Part shown: piece by piece, positions 50,633 through 60,624 of the stretch
Layout: each line of letters opens with the position of its first letter
Position numbering within the stretch: the stretch's first letter is position 1
NCBI GenBank assembly: GCA_040954595.2
Contig: CM082584.2
Span: 9,195,061-9,259,060, forward strand
Direction: 5' to 3'
Length of the DNA: 64,000 nucleotides
Source of the DNA: Balanoglossus misakiensis
Lineage: Eukaryota; Animalia; Hemichordata
The notes under the pieces: model-generated
Told to the model about the DNA's origin: nothing
Database searches by the model: none
What the model saw: only the letters and a program-made list of their open reading frames with translations
Program-made: the position numbers and the translations under genes

Positions 50633-52299
50633 CCAGAGTGATATTGATCAGGATCTCTTCACGTGATTAACATATAGGCGCTCGTCGTACTAAACTGTTC
50701 GCATCCGCAATAAACTGCCTTGAAATTAGATGCCGTTGGCCAATTTGCCGCCAGAGGCTTACACAATTACCTCTTGAAAGGTGTTATAACACGACAATGT
50801 ATTTTGGATTATAATACTTTCTTATTTCAGTGTTGGATGACTTATATTTCGCTAGTTTAAAATTCATCGTTAAAAAGTCTCTTAGTCGATGTTTTGTGTT
50901 CTCATTGTACGGTCACAATAAAGCCTAGCCCTCATGAAATAGCGTTGGGTTGAAACTAACTAGTTGGAAACGTACCTAGAAAGTCGATATTTATATGATA
51001 CATTTTTGCATCATCTTTGCGACTTGGTTAAAAGAGTGCTTGTCGAATACGCAATGTCTTTAGTGATAGTCACATTGTATGCATGTACATGTACTATAAC
51101 CAAGTTCTACTAGTGTAACAGTTCTATGTTTCACTGTTCGATAAAGTCCAAACGTTTCCGATTTTTTGTATCATTGTTAGTGGCCAACACGCTGAGCTAT
51201 CTATCGGAGTACACAACATTAAAGCGCTGAGCACCAACCCCACGTGCTACAGCATCGTCTATAATATCATCTATAATATATTCAGCTCTTTTCGCATTTT
51301 TGTGCGTGCAGGTACTTAAGTTTTATTTTCCGCATTTTGAAGAGCAATTCTATTTACTTGAAGTATATTTCAGCCATAAACGAAGTACTAAACGTGACCG
51401 ATCTGTAAATAGTCAATTGCAACGTTGCCGGAAAGTATATGGGTGTTCGCGCTGGAACCTGTACCAGATCGCCGTATAAATGCCATTATAATATAACACA
51501 GAGAACAGGGGATTGTGGGTTCACAGACCCAAGAATGGCCGCGATGTTGTGTCATTTAGCAATTAGGCACTTCACTTCTTATTATACTGTTTCCATAATT
51601 TTACCATTTCAAAGATAGTTTTAATCTTCTGAAGACATGTTTTCCCATTCACGATCTATCTTGTCATTTAGATTTAATGTCGTTTATGAGTTATCACACG
51701 TCATCAGTTTTCGGTAGATGCAGTCTGTATTTAAGGTATAGTTTTAAAATAAAATAGAAAAACAGACATTTTGTTGTTATGGTTTGCTGATTTCTGATAA
51801 ATTTTAACTTACTTATCTTGGTTGCCATGCTTGGAGAGATGATCTTGAGTGTGGAGTGACAAGGTCGTGTTCCTTTTTGCCTCTTGCCGTATTGCTGGAA
51901 TATACAGGATGGGATACGAATTTTATATTGGAATTAATAATTTCTTTTTTGCAGTTTTTGCAATTTCAGTTTGCGCGATTATTTCTAGTCTCTGTTCCCG
52001 TATCAGTTGCAATCATAAACCTGACAGGCGGGCAAGATCAGAAACACTAGAGGGCGGTGTATGCTCACCTGTATTGTTGCTTGATGGATCAGACTTCGGC
52101 AAACCACAGCCCCACTGTAGACGGATTGTGGGCAAACCTGAAGAAATGGCAGTTTCTTTCGACGTAGATTCCAGCTCTTTCCCCCGAGAAGTTCTCCAAA
52201 ATCCTGGAACAACCAGCCACCCTCGCCAGCCTCTTCATGTTTTCGTGCTTTTAGGGGATAAACACGCCGTCGTCATCCGACAGCATGATTTCTTCATGA

Positions 52300-53082
52300 A
52301 AGCAGTGACACGAGTGAGGTGACGCGTGCAAATGAGGGGAACACCTGGTGAAGCTTGCTTTCACGTGGTCACTCTTAACCAATGGAAATCTCTATACACG
52401 ACTTAGACGTTTCCGCTAATTGGCTGACAGGAAAGCCGTGGGTATATACACCAGTTAGCCAATAATTTTCCACCATTAAACCCACTTTTTGTTTATTCAT
52501 CTAACCCAGAGAATATCCCCATTCTGTCACTCTCTTGTTGGGTTGAAATTTTTTGATGAAAACATCTTGAAATATGTTTATTACGCAATGATGACTTTTC
52601 AAGGTCTCATCTTCAAAAACCTCACGTTCACAAAAGCTAGCTCAATTTTCTCAATCTTTACTGCAGGCACTGGTTACCATGGCAAAGGTTCGATGTGTGC
52701 CATATGGTCACGATGTGATGTCGTGCGAATCACGCGAAGTGCACTCGGCTGTTAAAACTTGGGCGTGTCGATAGTAGGGTGGGTCTCCGATTAACAATTT
52801 CGACCACACACCATCGACCATCGCCGGTGAAATCGCCAATGCGCCTTTACTTTTAATAATGTGTTCCGTCTCCTGATTGGTTTGGCGAATCGTACCATTT
52901 GCAGTCGCACAGTCACACCATTAAAGCGCGCATGCGCCGTACAAGTTAGTCTGGGGTCAGAGGTCAAATCTTCCTTCTGCATGCTAGTATACCAGTACAT
53001 ACCGAAAACACTGGCGCGACGTTTGACAGCTGCAGACACACACAAAAAACAGCCGGCATTTAAATCACACAGCCGTAGCCAG
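52300..53082. promoter_or_regulatory. HMGCS promoter region with CCAAT boxes and sterol-regulatory-element-like motifs; probable first exon ending at 53082
   Basis: CCAAT/ATTGG at 52379, 52419, 52459, 52836 and 52876. SRE-like GTCACCTCAC (reverse, 52314-52323) and GTCACACCAT (52912-52921). E-box TCACGTGG at 52361. CpG-rich, with donor CCAG|GTGAGA at 53082. Confidence 0.55.
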
Positions 53083-55991
53083 GTGAGAACACAATATTAT
53101 ATCGCATGTTACCCTTGCATCAGGTGTTTGGGTTCACAGCGAGTTTTTTTCAGTGTGGTATTTTGGTATGATGCGGGGACAACTTTCGATTGCAATGTAC
53201 ATCTATTGCTTAGTATCCTCTCCCGACGTACGTAACTACGTACGCGTATGGCTAGATCGCCCATTATTTTCAGATAACCTTGGCCTTCGACATTAGCACG
53301 CCTTGTATTGGAGTCTCTCCGGCCCGTCTGGCCCAGAGAGTGATTAACCATTGGAGCATGACCATTGGGCGAATCAGCTCACGGAAGTACAGCAGGGTCA
53401 CCTGTACATGTACTGTGTTTACACTGAATTAATTAAAAGCAATCGAGGGGTGTGGGTGTGACCTGGTGCTCCACACACAGGCCAGCGTTCAACCAATAGG
53501 TCCTCTGAAATCTCTTGAGGATACATATGGTTCAACGCAACCTTGCATGAAAGACGGTTCTTGTCCAGCACTAGACATATATGGGCTGATCACACAGCAT
53601 TTGATCCACTGTGCATTGCTCATTGTATAGAAGTTGAACATTGGCCCTCTGACTATAAAAATTTAAATACTCCTTCCTATCATTTACAACTGATCAATTA
53701 GCCATCACCTCGCATTCTTTTTGCATTTCGAATTGTGATTTGTTCTGACATGGTTGTACATGTGTATTTCACAGACAGGATGCTCGTTTGTTTTCAAACA
53801 AAACCTTTTAATTGTTACAGCCTGTTATTTAAGTGTACTGTGACAAGCTTTTCATCCCATAGATTTATAATTTTAATTATTCGCATATTTTGTGGGCAAC
53901 TTGAATCATCTATTCAAAATACGTAGTGTGTCATATCATTTCACCACGACCTGTGCCACAGCAGTTTTTGAAAAAACAACTTTTACTTCCATGACCTCTG
54001 TGTGACCTCACATCCTTGCAGTTTTCAATGATATGTGGTCTCAGATAAAGTCAACCTGGCTTAGCTTTAGTGGTCAAAATTGAATGAAAGAATCTCCAAT
54101 GTTGCTGATGACCTGTCAGGATGATCCCAGCCTCCTTGACAGCATCAGCACCCAAGCAGTGCACTTCAAAAGAAGTGGACTTTAAACTAGATCATTGTGA
54201 GCAGCACGTGAGGACAGCGATACCGTGAGATACTGCTGATTGTTATTTAACTGTGTTTGTGTAAAAGATCATGTTGAAATACTTGTGATGAACATTTGCA
54301 GGGAAGGTATGCCATGCAGATTATCCAAAGAATTAGCACACACAGTACACACCCACCACACAATATCATCAAAATTAATGTTTGTAGAAATATCGGCAAA
54401 TCTGTTCTCAAATTGATTCCGTAAATATTAGGTATATAATTACTACACAGATAATTTTGTCTGTCTCCAGAAGTCTGAAATATAACTGACTTAATGAAAT
54501 AAGCAGTTGTTGCCTCAAGCCTCCTGTAGTGTTCGATACGCCAGACTGTCTCCTGCTACTGTTTTGACACAACATCTGCAAATTTACCCTAAAAGAGCTC
54601 CGAGCTTAATTCATATCCGTCTGATTAACTTGTCATCCGGGATTGTTTAATGACAAGATCCTTGAGCAGATTTGCATTTAATTTACATATCCTGTCTGAT
54701 TCTTGTCAGAGCAAGAATATATTGTGCCCACAACACAAATACAACATTACAATTCATTCAAAATGTGTGCAAAATAATGAATGTGAAAGATTAGATTAAC
54801 AATGCAGTTCACAGTTAAGGAATGCACCCAAGCTGGCAAGCTGCTCCGCCATGTGTTGTTAAATTTTTCAAAAGGATCTGATCCTATTAAACTGTCTAGA
54901 GAATAGAGGATTTTATATTGACATCACTTGGCAGTCAGGCAGTTGTATCTGCTACGCGCCAGGCTGTACATGTGTATCGCTTGTACAAATACCTGATTTT
55001 GATTGGTGGCTGAAAAGTGTCATTCATGTTCATGGCTCCTCCCAGCCACTCACGTGAGCAGCATTTGAATTTGTTATGTAAATTGTATACACTGTTTTGG
55101 AGGGTGTGAAATTAGCAGTGATATTTGTAGTTTGGGAAGCTAAGCAGGCGAGTTGTCATCGCTGTTCTCTCAATGTGGTAAGTGACCCTGTATTGCTGTG
55201 TGTATTTCAGCAACGATTTACACATGTGTATATGACTTTACCTTGACCTTTAGTTGACATCCCTCAGGTCAATGTGTTTAATTCCCTTTGAAGTGATTGA
55301 GCTGTGAATGTGATTACATGTAAGTGGCGTATATAACGCAGCGTGGCGAAGCATTCACAGATATTTGTTCTGGGTACGGTGGTTGTTTCACTCTGCAAAA
55401 GTTGACTGCTTTCAAAAAATACCACAAAATAGTATAATGGGAGCAGGCAATATGATACATTTCTTAGACGTTCTGTACCACTACCAGATACGTCTCTGTT
55501 GTGTCATTGGTCTATGGTTGTGTTTACGTCAGTTCACACGTACATTCCATGATGTATTTCACTCTAATATCCGTTCTTCAAATGTTTTCTGTATCTTATT
55601 ATCCAGCAGGAACTATGTCATTAATAATGATGTGTTGATAAACTGTTGTTCGTGTTGTTGAAAGCAGGATGTAGGCTTAAAGTCCACTTATGGTATATAG
55701 CTGCTTTGCTGGTGTACACAGTTGCTGCTATTGTGAAACCTTTATGATATTGAACAGTTCTGTTGACTATGAACTCAGCAGCCATGTGCTGACCCACTTA
55801 CCCAGTTAATTAAGTGTGTGTACCATGTGAATGGGTCTTTTATTCCCAGACCATGTGGCTTTGTTAACCGTACAATCTTCGGATATTGACTCTGTTTTAT
55901 AAATCAATGATCCAAGAGACTGTCTCGTCTAATTTGATTGGGTTTAATTTGGTTTGTAATTTTTTTTATTTGTAGGTCACAACAGAGAAAT

Positions 55992-58900
55992 ATGCCCAGC
56001 TCAGCAGACAGCAAAAAGGTCGGTGGATGGCCCGATGATGTCGGCATCATCGCTTTAGAGATCTACTTCCCGTCAGAGTATGTGGACCAGGTGGAGTTAG
56101 AACAGTTCGACGGCGTCTCGGCCGGCAAATACACCATCGGTCTCGGCCAGGGGAAGATGGGGTTCTGCTCCGACCGAGAGGACATCAACTCGCTGTGTCT
56201 GACCGTGGCGCAGCGGCTGATGGAGCGGAACGACATCGGCTACGACATGATCGGCCGCCTGGAGGTCGGCACGGAGACAATTATCGACAAATCAAAGAGT
56301 ACAAAGACTGTCTTGATGCAGTTGTTCGAGGAGTCCGGGAACACAAACGTGGAAGGGGTGGACACCACCAACGCTTGCTACGGTGGCACCTCGGCACTTT
56401 TCAATGCAATCAACTGGGTGGAGTCCAGCTCTTGGGATGGTGAGTTCAAAAATATCGGCAATGACACACAATATTCCCAATCAGATGCAGATGATATGAA
56501 GGACCAATGTCTACTTGAAATCTGAACTTTGGCACGTTCAACATTGCTTGTGGTGATTAATAACTATTGACTTGTGTTTTGTCAAAAATCACCAACCGCA
56601 CCATTGATGCAACACTCTTTCCACGAATGAATGAAACTCTGTTCCAACATCATATCTGATCTGTTTTTCTGTTTTTCCTTGGTAGGTCGTTATGCCCTGG
56701 TCGTGGCTGGTGATATCGCGGTCTACGCCACTGGCAATGCCAGGCCCACCGGTGGTGCCGGTGCAGTGGCCATGCTTGTAGGACCAAATGCTCCTCTTAT
56801 AATAGAAAGAGGTTAGTTTCTAAACTTTGTTTCCAATGTACAGATGCTCTCTCTGAACAGTAGTCTGAAACTGCGAACAGTATTTTGTGAAGGGCGGTAC
56901 CCAGGTAAGTGTTGCCATGGTTCCCCAACATTATCATAAACACCGACCAGAGCAAGTAGAACCAACTTTAATTTTAATTTCAGGACTTCGTGGAACCCAT
57001 ATGCAACACGTTTATGACTTCTACAAGCCCGATCTCGCGTCAGAATTTCCTGTAGTAGATGGCAAATTGTCAATTCAGTGTTATCTCGGGGCATTGGATA
57101 AATGCTATCAAAGGTACTGTGCAAAGGCCAAGGAAATGCTACAGAAAGGTGAGTCCACACATTCAGGCTGTTTTACAGTGAAACTCTGTCTGGTTATCTG
57201 TTAGTTTTACCTTCATGCTGAGTGGTCAAATAACAGGATACTGAATGGCATCGTGGGTTAAGGCCAAAAAACAAAAAGAGTGTACTTTCTGATCATGTTG
57301 TTTTTCCAAAAACAGGGTGGCGCTGCAGCATTTGAAAAAAAAAACGCTCACAGTTGTCTTCAGGTTTATTAGCTTCGACTGAAACAAATTTTGACGTTTA
57401 TTTTATAGTGATGTGGGCAAGTGACCAGAAATTTTTGTTACATGTATATAATAGACAAAGCATTTAGAAACAATAGGCAGGAAGTACTATAAGAATAAAG
57501 CATTTTCTTTTGGAAAACAATGCTTATTCATCATCGTAGACAGACAGAGTATTGAGTTTTTATATAACATGGTGTCACCATGTACTCTACTGTCAGGATA
57601 TTGATGGCTGACACTCTTTTTTTTTTCTCAATTTCAGAGGGGCAGTCTGGCCAATTCAGCTTAGACCGTATAGACGCTATGTTATTCCATTCACCATTCT
57701 GCAAGCTGGTGCAGAAATCTCTAGCACGTATTGTGTTTAACGACTTCCTTCAAGACCCTCACCCAGACATGTCGGAAGGAGGAAAATATGCCGGATTAGA
57801 AGCATTTAGGTTGGTATACATACATTGTCACTGCAGTCGACTTGTAAATAATAGTGTTGTCATTCTCAATCCAATCTAATGTACTTTGGTATGTAACAGA
57901 ATTTGGCTGAATCTTCCCTATGCAAACCAAGGCCAGTTTGCATTGAATGTTACAAGCACTTCAATATATTTCCAAAATCCTAATGCAAATTTTATTTTTG
58001 TTTTCAGGGACCTCAAACTAGAAGAAACCTTCTTTGATAGAACTGTAGAAAAAGCCTTCATGACGAACAGCAAGGGTGTCTACGAAGCAAAAACCAAACC
58101 GTCTTTGCTGTTAGCCAATCAAGTCGGGAATATGTACACACCATCTGTGTACGGGGGTCTAGCGTCTTTCATTGGACAGTAAGTATTTGTAATGGGCCAC
58201 AAATATGATACAGATATGATATGTCAAAATCCGAATTGCATTTAAAAATTGACGATCATCATTGCGTTTTCAGAAATTCTGCAGCTGAATTGGCCGGCAA
58301 GAGGATAGCGCTGTTCTCCTATGGCTCCGGTCTGGCATCTTCCATGTATTCCATCCGAGTGACGGAGGACATGGCTCCCGGATCTTCCCTCATCAAACTT
58401 GCGGATAGCCTGTCAGATCTTCGAGCGAGGCTCGACTCCAGGAGAAAGGTTGACCCAGCTGTGTTTGCTGACACCATGAAACTGAGACAAGATACACACC
58501 ATCTTGGTAAGAAATCAATGATTTTCAGATGACGTTGTGTGGACGAGTTTGAAGTTTTGAGAATGTCTATCGGTCTATTGTACAGTCAGAATAAATTGAA
58601 CAGGTTGATCGCATGACATTAGTAATTGGGTGATACCATTTTTGAGAGGGAAAGAACAGAAGAGAAAGTCCTGAAAGAATCTGTAACAGGGTGATCATTG
58701 TTGTCAGAACTTGAGAATGGAGAGAAGCTTTAGAGATGACTTTCTCCTCCCTTTGTGCATTTCAGCAAAATACACCCCTGTGGGTTCCACGGATAAACTA
58801 TTCCCTGGCACGTGGTACCTAACATATGTAGATGAGATGCATCGCAGGCAGTATGACAGAACATCAGTGGCCCAGGAAGCTGATCGCATTATCTCAACGG

Positions 58901-59283
58901 AAATTATGGTAAGTTCGCCCTCCGAGCACATGTATACAGCCAAACCATGGTGTATGGTAACTTCATATATAAAGACATTTTCAGTGTGCAGTGTTGTGAG
59001 TTTGGATCATTGCCCATAGCACGTGCACCAAAGCCTGTATTGTCCAATGAAATATGGCTTCCACGTGACCCACTGCAGAGGCAGAAGCCAGCGGATGATT
59101 AGATAAAAGCTCTGGCAAACAGTTCTGAACGCCATATCTGACATTAGAATCTCACTGTTCAAACGCCGCGAGTTAATCTGTGCCCGCCATTCCCCTCTTC
59201 TCTTGCAGGACTCCACGGTACCAAGTAAACGCCAGTCACCGATGGGACTGGAACCCGCTGCTGTTGATAAACCAACCATCTAA
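55992..59283 (+). CDS. HMGCS1: Hydroxymethylglutaryl-CoA synthase, cytosolic type (about 510 aa)
   Basis: Exons 55992-56439, 56686-56811, 56984-57148, 57638-57809, 58008-58178, 58274-58506, 58766-58908, 59209-59283 (1533 nt). Catalytic motifs [15 protein letters not shown] and [11 protein letters not shown] are present, plus [22 protein letters not shown] and LFPGTWYL. Confidence 0.97.
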
Positions 59284-60486
59284 GTCCATCACGTTATCAT
59301 ATCTCTTCACATCGATACTGCATTACAGATCAAGCATGCCAAGTAGAATGATACCAATCATGAATATGCCTTGCGACCTGGCTATTGGCAAATTTATAGA
59401 CAAGTTATAGTGTAAATAAATCCAAGTTTATAGCCAGTGATGAAAACTGTTCTGCTTGATGTAATTTAATTGTTCTGTATTTTATTAGCTGATAGACACA
59501 GATCCAGGAAATTTTGCAAGAGATACATGTATCAATCATACACTGATTAGTTTCCTGTGAGATTTTTAAAGCTATGTTCTTTTCCGCCACGTCTAAGATG
59601 GAATCACTGGAGCTTTGAGGCACTAGCCTGTGGTCATACGGGTGACAGTATCAGAGATGGCACCTCAGGAACTATTCTGGAATTTTTAATAAAATGAACA
59701 TTATTTGTCTTTTTTTTATTGTGCTAAAGTTTATTTAAATCATTTATAAAAAATGAATGGACTTTCAATAGTCCAATGAAAATAAATGATTCATGTCTCA
59801 GAAATTGAGTTCGATTTTTTTAATTTCAAATATCAAGTTATTTTTCCATCACTATGTTTTGAACAAAAAACAATTATACATGTCTTGTAAGCTGATTTCG
59901 ATTCTCATTTTTATATCAAATATCAAGAAATTTGGCCGTGAATATAATTTTTTTTTTCTTGACTTTGAAAGACCATTCCTATTTGCATTTCACCAAGGTG
60001 CAGTCTTCATGAAAACAGTGCAATGAAAAGCTCATTAGCAGTGCTTCCATCTCAATTAGAAAAAATTCTTTAAAGAGAAAGAAAAATGTGTTGAGTCCTA
60101 TGTCCAATGTCTGTCTTTTTACAAAGTGTTAAGTTGAATAAATGTGCTGATGAATATGTCTGTCAAGACAATGTTACAAAACTTTCAGCCTTTGCAGCTG
60201 CTGCATACTTTTAAAATAGCAGCTGATGATGAGATGCTTGCACCTTATACAAAAATACCCTACCTTTTTTTAATGTGAAGTAAAATATTTGTCATCGTGC
60301 ACCTGTGACTTTGAGTAATGTATGAATTTATATTGTGTTTAATAAACCATCAGTGCAGAATTTTCCACATGTGACTTGTATAAATGTATGGGTGTGAACA
60401 GTGTGTGGAGTATTCACAGAACTTCACTGCCATGAAATTCCTCAATAATTTGCTGACACCAAATACCTAGTGTATTGGAATAGAAT

Positions 60487-60540
60487 TAGCCTGGTATCCA
60501 GACCCTAGTCTATTTTAGATAGACTGTGTGTACTAGACTA
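60487..60540. mobile_element. Tiny palindromic MITE-like remnant upstream of MYSM1
   Basis: TAGCCTGGTATCCAGAC...TACTAGACTA ends resemble the termini of the 50364-50632 element, and there is an internal AGTCTAT/ATAGACT stem. Confidence 0.4.
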
Positions 60541-60624
60541 GTCTTAGAAAAACGTTTGCTGGCGCACTTTATTTGGAAAACGAAGGAACAACAAAACTAG
60601 TGTTTGGTGGCGCATACGGACAAA

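Noticed and set aside
51849-52322. 157-aa plus-strand ORF upstream of HMGCS
   Set aside because: Starts at GTG, has no recognisable homology or exon context, and the splice signals in this interval point to the opposite strand.
9280-60230. Scattered CTGATGA words as hammerhead ribozyme cores
   Set aside because: In the copies I inspected there was no properly placed GAAA with flanking stems. An Infernal search would be needed to exclude this fully.
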